A stretch of 64,000 nucleotides of DNA, taken from NCBI GenBank assembly GCA_015680685.1, contig MNCI01000690.1:336487-400486 (forward strand), in the 5' to 3' direction. The notes under the pieces were generated by a model that had not been told where the DNA came from, did not search any database, and worked only from the letters and a program-made list of their open reading frames with translations. The number at the start of each line of letters is the position of its first letter. The stretch's first letter is position 1. This document shows positions 38,040 to 51,277 of this stretch, piece after piece. This DNA is from Gnetum montanum. Its lineage: Eukaryota; Plantae; Gnetophyta. A program made the translations under genes and the position numbers.

Positions 38040-38200
38040 TGGACGGTCACATGGCCCAGGGTCCATGGAACCGTGATGTTGGCGAAGCCGGCTACATGCT
38101 AGCTACAACGCCAAAGTCAATAAGCTCACAAGGAGAAGAACTTGTCCATGTACGTGGTAATAGTGGCAACAGTAGGGTTTTGGTAGGGTTTAACATGTAT
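38040..38200 (+). promoter_or_regulatory. Candidate proximal promoter of the RLT3-like gene: site II element plus two telo-boxes
   Basis: GGCCCA at 38053-38058, TAGGGTTT at 38173-38180 and 38184-38191, and TACGTG at about 38152. CpG is retained locally. Confidence 0.5.
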
Positions 38201-38429
38201 TTTCATCTTCACCTTTCACATGAGAATGGGAATGGAAATGTCTCTGTTTTTTCAACTCAACATGTAGCATTCCTCATAATAATTCAATTCAATGTATTTT
38301 GTCTCCACTTTTTTTGTGTGTTCATACCATTGCCAGTTTCATGATCACGCCAGCACACTTGTTTCATCTCGCAGCTGTGGACCACAGTTGAGCTCCATAT
38401 TTGCTTTACGTTGAGTCAAATTTCATTTC

Positions 38430-38524
38430 AGTTCGGTTCTGTTGCTGCTGTTGTTTCCGCCGACTGCAGTTCAGTTCGGTTCTGTTGCTGCCGCGGCCAT
38501 AGGGCGAAATTCAGTCTAGTCCAG
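38430..38524 (+). other. Probable non-coding 5' UTR exon of the RLT3-like gene
   Basis: GC-richer segment ending CCAG|GTATGT, followed by T-rich intron-like DNA and a TTCTTAG acceptor at 39024 just before the ATG. Confidence 0.5.
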
Positions 38525-39045
38525 GTATGTACATTGATTCCGTGTGTGGTTAACTATGATTCATCCTCATTTGTTTGTCCTGGAAACGTGCTGCAAATTT
38601 TTTCATGGATTTATTTTAACCCGAGTACTGTTAGACGATGGAAATCATCTTTTTTTTCTTTTTCCATGTTCCTCTTGTGAGAATATGTGGTTTCCATTTT
38701 TGTTCTTTGTTAACTATGAACCAGGTTTAAATGCATAGATAAATGAGCTTTTGATGGTTGCCTAATTGCGTTGAAATTAAATCAAAACAATTGTGTAGAA
38801 TTTCAAACCGCCGTTTGATTGATGTTAGAACGCATATGATATAGTCAAACCTGTTATTATGCTTGAGCCTGCTGAGGATCCATATTAAAAACATTATCTT
38901 GAATATGCATGACAGGGGTTCAGGGTTTTTGTTTTGCTGAGCCTGTCGTTGTATAACGTTAGTCTCGGGGTTCAATCCTACGGGTTCATTAAGCTGGCTT
39001 CTTTATAGTCTTGTAATTTCTTAGCCGGGTTATAAAGTCTTCCGG

Positions 39046-42000
39046 ATGGAAGTTATCAATTCTGACATCAGTATGAGAAGGCGAATAAAGAACCGAGCTC
39101 ACATCAAAAGTCTTGAGAAATGCTATGCTGGTATGGTATATGTTTTGCATATTTGTTATGCACAAACTATTGATATATCATATCCCAGTTTTTATTTGAA
39201 AGCTTATTGTATATTGAAAAACTTTAGAGTTAATTCATTTTTGAAAGCGAGAGTTTGATATGTTTTCTTAATTTTCTGTTTCATGCCTGGTGAGTATCAT
39301 TGAATTTGAATGTTTTTTCCAACTTAACCTAGTAAGGAACCTCATTATCCTTCTGAGGATACAAACAAAGCAATTGTAATACATCGTATGTTATAATATA
39401 AGCAAGTTCATGAATGCTTTTGTAAAATAAGGTAGGATAAAAAGGGTAAACTGTGTTGTCAGAAAAGATGTCACACAGCTCCATATGGTTAGCCTTATAA
39501 GCATTGGTATTGAAATGCTATTCTTTTCAAGGAACTATGAACATGAGCATGCCAGTTTTGATTATAGCAATGTAGATGTTAATAAGAACATGCCAATTTA
39601 AATTATAGTAATACAGATATTAATAAGAAAAGTTGTGATTACTCTGATAAAATATTTAATGGGGTTGCTTCTTTGCAACCAAGCTGAAATGTGCTGGAGA
39701 ACAGAGGCTATGAAATATCTAACTCCAGAATGAATAACTGTAGTGTGAACAAGTTTAAAATTCATCCTGCTAATTTTCAAGACAGGCAAACTTTCTTGTG
39801 TCCTTCTAAAGTATCAACAAGGAAGTTGGACTTGGTTTGGAAAATGTTGACATTCAAAGTAACTGTTTCGTGCATTTTAAGACCAAGTTCTACATTTGCT
39901 TTCAAGAACATGGGCCTTGACCAAGTAATTGTTGGGTAAACTTCTTTTAAGCAGTTTGAAATGACGTTTCTTCTTTCCTTTTAGCTCGGTTAACTTGTGC
40001 TATGCCCTGTTTAATATATGTCATTCATACTGGGGCAAAGTCATAAACTAATCTTTATGAATACAAAGGCTATGAGACTTTCGAAGTTCTTTGTTATATG
40101 AATCATTTATGCTTGTAACGTTTGTCCACTTACCTTTCTGTTATTGTTATATCTGTTCATTTTCTTGTAAATATGAACCATTTAAGAAAACAAGACAACT
40201 TGAACACAAGAATTGCAGTCATTATAATGTAGATGCAAACCTTTCTTCCTTTGAACATATAGAACATCAATTACTAATAAAAAAGTAAGCTTTAAAGTAC
40301 CACCAGAATTGTTTTGGGGTCATGGATATCAACCAAAAGATATGATTAATGTTTTATTGCATATAAAAGCTAACCTAAGGTTTTTGGTAGCATCTTAAGG
40401 TCAGTATATAGTTTTAGGGAGTGGATGATTGATTTTTAAATTTGTAAGTTGTTAGTATACCAAGGCATATGACTTGTTGGTTAAGGTGTGTGGCTTGTGT
40501 TCTACAAGGCACAAGTTTGATCCCAATAGGCTGCAGCTGGGATATACAAGCATTATGCCCAAAAAAATGTTGAAACTAAACGGGTCCAATAGAACCATAG
40601 ATTCTTGGACATAATTAAAAGCAGTTTCCGTTTCAAATTGTTGCTATTATGATCCTATATAATAATAAAACTGACATTTTTCTTTGCAGATTATCATTTT
40701 GAGAAACAAGTTTGGCAGTTGTTTTTGTTTTATCCTTGACATATTTTATGTTTTAAATTGATTGTTTATTTGGCTCAATTCACTGCTATCCATCAGTTCT
40801 TTATTGGTTGATTTTGTTTTCTTTTTTCCTTTTTTTTTAAAGCAGAGACAACTGGTTCAGGCAAGGGTAGTACTTATACTCTCCAAGAGAAATTCCTGAC
40901 TAAGAAGGTATTAGAAATCTTCAATCATTTGCTATTTTAAATGTTTTTTAATGTCCAACTAACACAAAGTGGTTCGTTGGTCCAACTAACACAAAATCAT
41001 TAAGGATTCAGCCTTCTAGTTAACTGAAGGTGGTAATTCATGCCATATCTTTCAAAAATCAGATTGCACTGTAATGCTAATACTCATCAAATTGTACTGT
41101 AACATTTGGTGTTGTGGAACATTCAAAAATTAAATTAATTAAAAGAAATGAGAAAAGGATGGATGAAGTGAGGATAGTAAGGTTATTCTAAAGTAAACTA
41201 AAAGAGATTAATGGGAAGGGTCTTTACGGTATACATGTTGTATCTCCAATGGGATTTCTGGATAAATCTGTATTGCTGATGAAAGATAAATTTAAAAAGA
41301 GCAATGGATTTGGTATCATGAATGAATCACTCTGATAAGTTACATTGGAAATTTTTCGAAAAATGTTTGTACCAAGATTCTGATTGTTCAGAATGAATAA
41401 AATTTAGAAAAAAAGGGATGAATTGTGCTTAAAATGTGATTTTGGTTAAGTGATTAAGATGTGCATTATGGATGAATGTTAAAATATGCAGTTATGTGAA
41501 ATGAATTATTTGCATAGCGTATTTTGCATATGTTCAAAAAATTTGTATGAAAAGTTTCTAGTTTATAAAAAGCATCAACACACACAAAACTGTTATCAAG
41601 GTTGAAAATCATCATCAAATCCTTTGCCTACCTTGAAGCTCAGCCCATATACATGGAATAAATGCACTATCATGATGAGGATAAAAAGTACAAAAAACAA
41701 AAATTTATGGTCATTTTGATTGTACACTGAACCAATGACACAGTTTATGGTTGTTTTCCCCTTCCTGCATGCAACTGCATGGAACTAGATTTAAACATTG
41801 TTAAGGTCATCTATAATGGCCAAGAGCATGTGTCTTTTTATGGCCATAAAGGATGAACTACAGACAATCATATTCTTTCTGTTAATGCATCACATCGTTA
41901 AGATGATTCAGATGTATCTATATTCCATACCCTTCTTTGACTTTCATTTCTATTAGCTTTGCCTTTATATATAGTAGTAGCTTATACTTTCTGTTACAAC

Positions 42001-45000
42001 ACTTTGATCTACTTGCAAAAGGTTTCTTTCAAGATTTCAGCAAAGTGTATTTCATAATTCAAATCAATAGTTAGAGGAGGTAAATGTATGAAAGTATGGG
42101 ATGAAATATTTAAAAGGGATATGAAAGATTGCGGTATGACTAAAGGTTTAGCTTGGGATGGACAATAGTGGGAAAAAACTTTTAAATTTTATTGATGAAA
42201 TAAAGCACCGTTGTTAAATCTTTTTCTTTGCTTGCAAAACTTTGTTATTTTAATAAATGTAATTATTCTTTTCAATGATAGCCTAACACGACGTTTTTGT
42301 ATTGAGTTTTATACTAACTCTGGCATTGTCTTGAAGCATACCTAGCAATAATGTTTTTTTCTATGGCAATTGATTTAATTGGAGACTAATAATTTTCTTA
42401 ATGAATTTACAGGTTGGAACAATTATGAATGAACATTTCGAAAGAAAATCATCCTTTAGATTTTCATTTCGAACAAAAGCATCTGGTGGAAAACTTGTCC
42501 TTCCACCCCGTCCATCATTGCTTGCAGCAGAACCTGGCAATCAAGAGGGATGCTTTCTAGGAAAACAATCTGGTGGGAAATGTCTTCTGCATTGTTATCC
42601 TTTAGCTGAAGGTGGAAATTTGGATGTCAATGAACTTACACGGGGCAAAAAGTCTGTTGGAAAGCCTGTTCTTCCCTTTTATGATTCAATTACAACGGAA
42701 GGTGAAAACTTTAATGCTAATAAGCATAATGCTCGTAAACAATCCGGTGGGAAGCTTTTACTTCCCCCTCATCCATCATGGCTTGTACAAAGGGACCAAT
42801 TTACTGAGGAGAAGCATCAGTCAGCACAAGGATCTAGTAGAAAACGCATACGCACTCATCCTCTTGCAGCTTATGCAGAGGAAGAATGTCTACCTATGGA
42901 AGCGCACAATTGTGTCAAAGATTTAGCTCGGAAGCACACAAATGTAAACCACATTGTCACGGTATATTATGTTGAGTAACACAATTTAATTTAGGTGAAA
43001 ATGGTTTCTTTTCTTTATTTATCAAAGGATTGGATATTTACAAATGTGGCTCTTTTTCCTACCCATACGTTGTGATTAGAAATAATGTGGATTTAATATT
43101 ATTTATGTTTGATAGTAACTTCATCAGCATGAAGTTTGTTTTTAAGTTCTCCTTTGATATATTTACTTGAGTACTCAAAATTGTATTCCTTTGCATACAT
43201 AAATCTTTTTTGACTTTTATTATTGCTGGGTTGGCTGGTTGGTTGATCAATTTTCCTTTATTTTCAAATCATTGAGTTTCTATGATGAACTTTCTTATCC
43301 TTTCCAGACCAGGTTTACCAAATCAAAAAGAAAAGAAAGAAAATGAAAAAAAATAAAATAAAAGAAGTCATTTGGTTGTTTCATAAGCTGTTCTTAGGCA
43401 TTTATTTCACATGGTTTTTCCCTTCTAAGTTGTAAGCACAGATATCCCTTGGAACGAAGTTGAGATATTGATGTTTCCTTGTTTAACCTTGGGATGCTGT
43501 CGCAAAAATTGATAGAAGTTATCAAATTATGTGCATTCAAAATATAGTATTCAAATGTTTCAGTATGGTGGGTCCTTTTAAGAATTAACTTTATGCCAGT
43601 ATCGTGTAGATTCTAGGAATGTAAGCAAAGTGTCGTTTGGAAATGTTTTGTTTCCCCACACTTATGTAGTGTTTATGCATGAGTATATGTATTATATACA
43701 TTTGATCTTGGAAAAATGTTTTATGGTTCTCAAGAATTAGTTCTTCTTGTTCTTCTTTTTCTTTTTTTTCTTGGAGTATTATAAAATTTCATTTCCAGGC
43801 AGGAAGGGAGTTTTCAAACAAGAGACAACGTCTTGCTAAGAAGATAACTACTTGTGGAATTGGAAAAAGTATTAGAAAATTGCCATCACATGTTACAAAA
43901 AGATTATCAGATGATGGCTGTTTTCGCTTGAGTCCATTGGAACATACAGCAAGTCCAGGGACAATGGAAATAAGCCACTTTGAACATATAGAAAATCCAG
44001 CTACACAAGAGATCGGTCACTTAGGTAGGCTCATGCTTGAGTACCTTTTGTTTTAGTTATGTCCACTAATTGCTGTATCAAATTTTGGGTGGCAGCTTAT
44101 GGGTTTTGACTGTTATGGCCCCAGTTATTAACATTCGATGGATTTGCAAACTCAAAGTAGTAAATTGTGTTGTTATGAATTTGTCTAATGCCAGAAATTG
44201 TGATTGGTTTTTTTAATTTATTTTAAGGTATCATTGTGAAGCTATGCTAATCAATATTTTTTTAGGGTCTAGTAAAGTATTTGGACCTCGCCTGCAAATA
44301 CTTTGATAGCCAAGAGCACACATAGTTTGTTATTAAAATAACTTTACCAAAAACCAACCTAAAATCCTCTATTTCTCATCCTCAACGTGCGTGTTGGTTT
44401 ATGCATCTGTTTTTTTTTAAAGATTTAGTATTTACTTTGTACCACTAGCAATTGTTAAATAGCATCTGTTCGGTGAATGGTATACAGGTCCGTTTATGAA
44501 ATTCCCACCTGCCTCTGTGAGAGTGACACAGCCAATTCTTTTTGAGCCATGGAAGGAATCAAAAGAGAAAGTTAAAATCCTTTTTTGGGTATGTTTTTCT
44601 TATAGATTTGTTTTTGTTGCCTATGTTTTAATTGGCTACCCCAATTTTCAAGTAGAAGCTACCTTAAAAGTTTTTGAACTTAGAAGTAAAACCTTAAGGA
44701 AGTTTAAATATTATTTATTTGTGGCTGACTGATTTTGATCATGTCTTTTGGGTTTGGTTCTAAGGAACTACTTCATGATGAAATATTAATAGGCTGTAGA
44801 TAATGATTATGCTGTTGACTAAGACATGATGTGGTTTCAGAGATCATCCTTGTTTTTTTAATTTATTGCCATATCCTCTTTGATCAAACAATGTAATTAT
44901 AAAGCTAGAGATGTAGGAAAGTTTTGTTCTGATTTTAAACATTGGTCTTTGCATTTTACTAAACATTATTCTTGTGTCTTATGCAGGCCTTTCGGTTTTT

Positions 45001-48000
45001 GTACATGTTCTCTGATTTGATAAAGCTGTGCCCATTTACCATGGATCAATTTGTACAAGCTTTCCATGATTTTGTATGCTTCTCTGGCTTTACTAATAAC
45101 TTATAGGATACAATATACAATGCATTGTTTTTCAATTTGGCAAAAGCCATATTTTCAAACTTCCCCCAATTTAGATTGCTTCTTTTGGTGGAGGCATTGC
45201 AACTTCGATTTCTGTTGTCGTTCTAGAATATCACTTACCAGAAGTAGGCTTTCCTAATTTCTGCAGACATTTCCTTTATTTTATTTGCTGATGGACAATG
45301 ATTTTTTTGTACTCTTTATAAGCCTCAGAATACTTCGTACGGATATGGTGCTTAACTTTGTTGCAAACTCAATGAGATAGCTGAAAAGGTTTTTTTAATA
45401 ATGATTTTATATTCTGTAATCAAAACTTTCAGGACTCGAAGCTTCTAGGGAAGATTCATATATCTCTGTTGGAAATTCTTTTACGAGATCTTGAACATGC
45501 TATCCAAAGCTCTTCAAATGCATATCAAATGAACCATGCAAGCCCGGTTTATAAAAGCAGCAGCTTTTCAAGACTTGTATTCTCTGTAAGTTTACTAATT
45601 TGCACATTGTTCATCTATCAGAGAGACAATTAAGTATATGAATGTCTCTTTTATATTTCTAATAGTATCTTAATTGTGACTGATCTGTTTTTTATTGAAG
45701 TATCAGTTCTTATTCATTAGTATATTTTTTTAGTTGTAAAATATATTGTTGTATACTGATTGCTTTGCCATCAAATTTTGGATAAGATTTTAAAGAACAG
45801 CAATATTAATGGCCAATGAAGTACATGCTGAAATGTGATTTGATAAGTTCCAGGATTGGAGTTTGATTTGGAACATTACAGTTGAGTAGACAGAATTAAC
45901 CCAAAAAAAAGAAAAAAAAAAAACAACCAACTTCAAAGTGCTGAACATTTGGAATCACAGCAGTGCAAGTGAACTTCGTAATGAGATATGAATATGCTTA
46001 CTTTTTTCAACCCAAAAATTATTCCATTTTAAGGCCTTTTATATTTCAGGAATTGTTCAGTGTTTTTTAAAGCATTCTTTAGAAAACATCATTGTTATCA
46101 GAACTCTTGTTATGTTCTGTTTAAAAACATCTGGATATTGCATTTGTAGCTTTTATGGCCGCTTTGTAATTTATAATAGCAAGTTTGCGTTATGTACAAG
46201 ATAAAAAAATGCTTAGTTTGTCAATCATTTATGAGTTGCATGCCTGTTTGGAGTTAGTATGTGTTGTTCATTGCAGACATGAGGGGCCATTGTTATTCAA
46301 TGCATGCCATTTCTCGTTACTGTTACTCACTTTATCTAGGCTAGTACCAACCTTTAGTGTTTGTTTGTTTGTTTTTAATTCTTATTTCACTAATCAGAGT
46401 TTATTTCTACATGGTAGATAAAATCTGGGAGTTTTGATGTTAAAGACTGGCAGGGATTCCTGAATCCTCTGACATGGCCAGAGATATTGCGGCAGGTTTT
46501 AATTGAGGCTGGCTTTGGTTCGGGTCAAACAGTAGATGTTCATGGGTCAAGGAAAGCTGTAACTCAAAAGGTTTTCTTTTTCTTCTTGAATGAGAGCTAT
46601 TTTCCTTTCTAGAATTTGTTCGGTGTGAATGCCATCATATCCATTTTTTTTGTAATATGATTCTTAGCACTATTGTGGTAATAATTTGAATCTGTTGATG
46701 TTCTCCTGATTTAAAAAAAAAAAAATTAAAAAGAATTCGCTTTGTTAGATATCCTGCAAATATAGTTGAAATGCATAAAAATATAGCCATTCACAATCTA
46801 AATTTCTTGGGAAAATTTTCCTGCAACTACCATTTTCTTCTCATGGTCTGGCAACTGAATATATATAATCATGGATTTCTGTTAGAAAAAGTCATCAATA
46901 TCATTGCATTCTGTGTTGCCAGAATTTCTGCAGTGTTTCAACTCTATTACATATGCTTTTTTTTCTAAACCTGTTTTTAAACTACAAGTTCAGAGATATT
47001 AGACATTGTTGTAATGCTACTTGTTGAGTGATAACCACATACTATTTTTATTAGGTTAATGAATAACATTTATGTGTTTGGTCAAATGGGGGAGGATGAG
47101 TTGGTTATGAGCTCGCATGTTTAGTCCTCGCTTAGTACACACCTAGAAGCTATTGAGTTCTGTAACTCATTTCTCAACGTAAATATTGTTGTTCTTTTTC
47201 TCTGTATCTAGGAGGAAATGCAAGCAGGATCTCATGGTCTAATCCGTGGAACTTTGAAGTATGCTCTTTTCCGTATTCTTAGAAAGAAAGGAATTGATGG
47301 CTTAAAAATCAATGAGATAGCACAGCAAGTTCAGGTATGAGTGTATGAGACTTTAAAATTAAATTTGCAAATGAATGTATATAGCAGATAGATGTGATTT
47401 TTTGGAATAACTATGAATGAAAGACAGTGTCATGTAAGGACATAATTTCACAATAAGGTCTGGTATGTCAGTGGATATTAAGGTTGAAAAGAATCATTGT
47501 TGTTGTAGAAATCCCTGAACTTGAGAGAATATCTTAACTTTACAGTGAAAGTTTTAAAACTTCATTGACGATCTGAAATAATAAATGTTTCTTTTCATTG
47601 AAGAACATATGTTATGTAACTGTATAACTTTCCCATACATGTAGAATATTTTCTGTTATGTTGACTAGTTTTAGAATGCATTGCATGCGTAATATTTTTG
47701 TGTATGTGATTATGAAGAAACGCAATCTTCGTGATCTTCCTTCCGGTGCTAGACTTGAAGAACTATTATGTTTGAGTCTTTCAAGTGACATCACCTTGTT
47801 TGAGAGGATTTCAAATTCAGCATTTCGAGTTAGAGCAAATTTTCTACATCTAGGAGAACAGGAAGATGATACATGCTCAACAAGTTCAGTGGATACTGAA
47901 CGTAGCAGCAAAGATTCAGATTCAGAAGAACACATGGATTCAGAATCTGAAGAGTACAATGCAGCACATTCTCAAGGTACTATGAAACAAATGCACTGTT

Positions 48001-50270
48001 TTGGTTTCCTTAGGGAGCATTTTAAGTTACAATTTCCTCTGGTGCATTGCTACAGGTACATTGAGGTACATTCCATTAAAAAATGATGAAAATATATTCA
48101 GGTCTATGAGAGTTAGGTCCACCAGTAATAATCACTCACTCAACAAATATTCTATGGGTATACCTGAGATTGATGAAAGCCAGGTAGGAGATGCATGGGT
48201 GATGGGTTTGATGGAAGGTGATTATACAAAACTTAGCATCAAAGAGAAGTTAATCACGCTTGCGGCATTAATTAATTTGGTCAAGTCTGGAAGTAGTATG
48301 CAAAAGGCAACCAAGGTATTATATTGATTGGCATTGTTTGATCAAATCCGTGAACTTTTTTTGTCTCGTACATACAGAGAATGATGTTTTTCCATGTGAT
48401 TGTTATTTAGGATATAAGACTTATATATTTGTGATTGTGTATTGTGACGTATTGATGTAAATGTTAAATATTTGTTGCTTTAAGAGACCAGTACGAATGG
48501 TGTTTGAGTTTCACTCTTTATTTTAATGATACGTTTAAGAATGCTTGCCTTATTGATATATGTGAAATAACTAAGCTGGTTTTCAGCTAACTTATCTTAT
48601 TTGTTGTTAAAGAAACCGTCAAATCATGATAGCAAGAAAGGAAAAGGGACATTCCCATACGTACAGCTTTCTGATGCAGACAGGAATGTGAAAAATATAT
48701 CAAATAAGCACAGAAGGGATCGATCACAAACACATACATGTAACCACAGTCAGCAAGAATCATTTGTCAGCATGTGTCTAGGAGCTGATCGTAGAGGCAA
48801 TTTATACTGGCAATTTTTTTGTAATGAAGTGAAAGACTATGGGTATGGCAGAGTGTATTTGGAATCCTCTGAAGATGGTCATTGGGTGGTACTTGATACA
48901 GAAGAGGTATAGGCCTGTGAATAAGTACCTGTTTGTGTAACCTCTTTTATGTTCTCTCTTAAATGGATGTGATATATATGTATGTATGTATAATTGTCGG
49001 AATTTGATCAGTTAGTCTGTTGTCTCATTTTGGACTAATGGTTTGATTTTACATTCAATATAACAATGCAGGCATTAGAAACATTAATGGCATTGTTAGA
49101 TCCTATGGATGTAACAGAAGCAAATCTTCTATTTTCATTACAACACAGAGAATCCACAATTAGGCAAGGAATGAGAAAGTTAAAATCTGAAAGAGATTTT
49201 TTGTCAAGGGAGAGTTCATCTGGGACATCTGCTGTTGATAACAATTCAGAGTGCACGGTTTCTGATATGGCACAATCATCTGGCGCTTTTTTTGTTGAAT
49301 CCAGAAAATATGAATCTGGAATGCATCGTAACTGTGATGATTCCTTAGAGTTTCACAAGTGGGTATGGAGTGATTTTTACCAGAAGCTTAAGATTTCAAA
49401 CTTCAAAGCAGAGAGACTGCAACACTGTAGAGTATGTAACGATCTTTTCTGGCCAGAAGAAGGGCACTGTATAATATGCCACACAACCTTTGAGTTGGAT
49501 TTTGATTCAGAAGAAAGATATGCTGTGCATATTGCAAAGTGCAAACGAAGGGGCTCAGCCGTGGTTTCTCAGATGTATAAAATTCTTCCTTCCTCAATCC
49601 AGGCTTTGAAAGCAGCTATGCAGGCGATAGAGGTACTCTGATTTTTCCATTACATTTGTTTTAAAATGGCCATGATCTTAAGCCATTTTCCGGGTTTTCA
49701 TGTTATTGAGTTCCAGGTTAAAAGCATGATGCATGTGATTACAGCAGCATGATTATTGCAGGGTTTGCATAATTGAATTCTATTTAGTCATTTTATTTGA
49801 CTTTGGAAAGCTAAAAGTGTAATTGAATTATTATGCAGGCAGTATTGCCTCAAGAAGCTTTGGAGCCTCTGTGGAAGAAATCTCATCAGAATGTTTGGAT
49901 TAAACATCTCAGGCGAGCTTCGTCTCCATCTGATCTTGTTCAGGTTTCACCCTAGCCTTCATCTCTTTTTATGAATTCCCGAAGTGTTTCTTTACCTTAT
50001 TTAGTGGTCTGGTGTCAGGTTGTTACAGACCTCGAGAGTGCAATTCGTGATGATTGGTTGCATGCCTCAATTTCAAAAATGAGATCCAAGACAACATGTG
50101 AAGAGTTGATACCATTTTCTCCATCCATGCCCCAGACAACTGCCTCTATTGCTTTCTGGCTGGTCAGATTAGATGCCTTCATTTCTCTGTGCTTGAAAGA
50201 TAAGGGTTCCAAGAAAAATCATCGTAGAAGGCAATCGTTGAGGTCTGTCCATGGTCTTTCCTGTATATGA
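39046..50270 (+). CDS. RLT3: Homeobox-DDT domain protein, RINGLET3-like (ISWI partner family; DDT, HARE-HTH, WHIM1, WSD), predicted 1089 aa with truncated homeodomain
   Basis: Phase-consistent GT-AG exons: 39046-39130, 40846-40907, 42413-42961, 43799-44024, 44488-44588, 44987-45073, 45433-45585, 46418-46570, 47212-47334, 47718-47976, 48056-48315, 48613-48906, 49072-49632, 49839-49943, 50019-50270 (3270 nt). An alternative end would use donor 50242 and exon 50459-50465. Motifs recalled from Arabidopsis RLT3: KFPP.SV....F.PW, CPFTMDQFVQAFHD.DS.LLGKIH.SLL, LNPLTWPEILRQVL, LSSDITLFERIS, EIDES..G.AW.MGLMEGDY..LSI.EKL, LGADRRGNLYW, ESSEDGHW, C..C.DLFW.EE.HC.ICH.TFE.D.D.EERYAVH, PSMPQTT..IA.WLV.LD. 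Confidence 0.92.
39337..39936 (+). pseudogene. Decayed ancestral exon encoding homeodomain helices 2-3 of the RLT3-like gene
   Basis: EPHYPSEDTNKAIVIHRML*YKQVHECFCKIR*DKK is colinear with the homeodomain consensus YP(S/T)...L.YKQV..WF...R. Stops at 39394 and 39433. The 3' limit is uncertain. Confidence 0.7.
40468..40537 (+). mobile_element. tRNA-like SINE head in an intron
   Basis: TGACTTGTTGGTTAAGG (A-box-like) ... AGTTTGATCCC (B-box-like). Confidence 0.4.
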
Positions 50271-51207
50271 CACTTCCATGTTACAATAGCTTCTTGATAT
50301 ACTAACCCAATTTTGTTTCACATGTTGATACTATGCTTTCTGCTAATTCAAAACCACGTGAAGCGTTCGTTATTCTCTTCAACTGAGGTTATAGTTTGTA
50401 CATTGTTTCTCTCAGTTTCTTTAATTGAGTGATCTGTCTTCCATTGTGATGATCCCAGGTGTTAACAAGCAATAAAGATTTGCTGATGCAGTTGAAGGAC
50501 CATGAAATGTTTGTAGAGGAAGGAGTCCAAGTCCATGTTTTGTTAGAAAGAATAAGAGGGCAGTGATATGATTAATTGCTCAATGAATTGATGTTTTTTC
50601 TGGGAGTCGCTGACATGGAAATTGAGGTAGAAAATGGCTTTTTTTATCTGAGATAAATGTGTCATAATTTTATGTGGATAGTTGACATTAACGGGGTTGA
50701 TATTAATGATGTGAAAATGTTCAGCCAGCTTTATCTGACAACTCCAATGTGAGTTTTGTTTTAGGGTGATGCAATGGATAGCAGCAAGCAATATTCTAAA
50801 CATAACATTGAAAGTTTATCAGTAATGCTGAATAATATTCTAGCCGTAACATTCTAAGGGACTAAAATAATATTTTTATCCATAACAAAAAAGAAAATAT
50901 TCAATAACAAAGAAGAAAAATATTCAATAACAAAGAAGAAGTGTTCAAACCATGTTATTTGAAAGCTCAAACATTAATGGTGTTAAGGTGGTGGATTACG
51001 TTATTTCTGATCTTCCAAAAATAAAAATAAAAATGGCTTAACTATGTTTATCAAAAAAACTCTAATATAGGTTTTATTTTAAGGTGATGCAATATGTTGT
51101 CAATGTTAGATATGACAAGTGAAATTTTATACAAATGTCTTATTACATGTCTAAGAAGGTCCTCTCGGCCAAATTGTAGATATATATTATAAATATACAA
51201 GGGATTG

Positions 51208-51277
51208 TTATTTGGAGTAATGATAAGGTACTCATTTCTCAAGTCGAAGACTTGGGTTCAATCCTAGGGGCAGCCAT
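51208..51277 (+). mobile_element. tRNA-derived SINE-like head
   Basis: TTTGGAGTAATGATAAGG...GGGTTCAATCC B-box, homologous to 7240-7305. Confidence 0.55.

Noticed and set aside
38006-38738. ORFs upstream of the RLT3-like ATG as extra coding exons or a separate gene
   Set aside because: They have non-ATG starts and no motifs, and overlap promoter, 5' UTR and intron-like sequence.
39394-39435. Rescue of the homeodomain stops by U-to-C RNA editing or readthrough
   Set aside because: Such editing is organellar. The exon also lacks an in-frame acceptor and the conserved Trp, so decay is simpler.
47612-50212. Minus-strand ORFs overlapping the RLT3-like exons
   Set aside because: Antisense shadows of real + strand exons, with no independent motifs.
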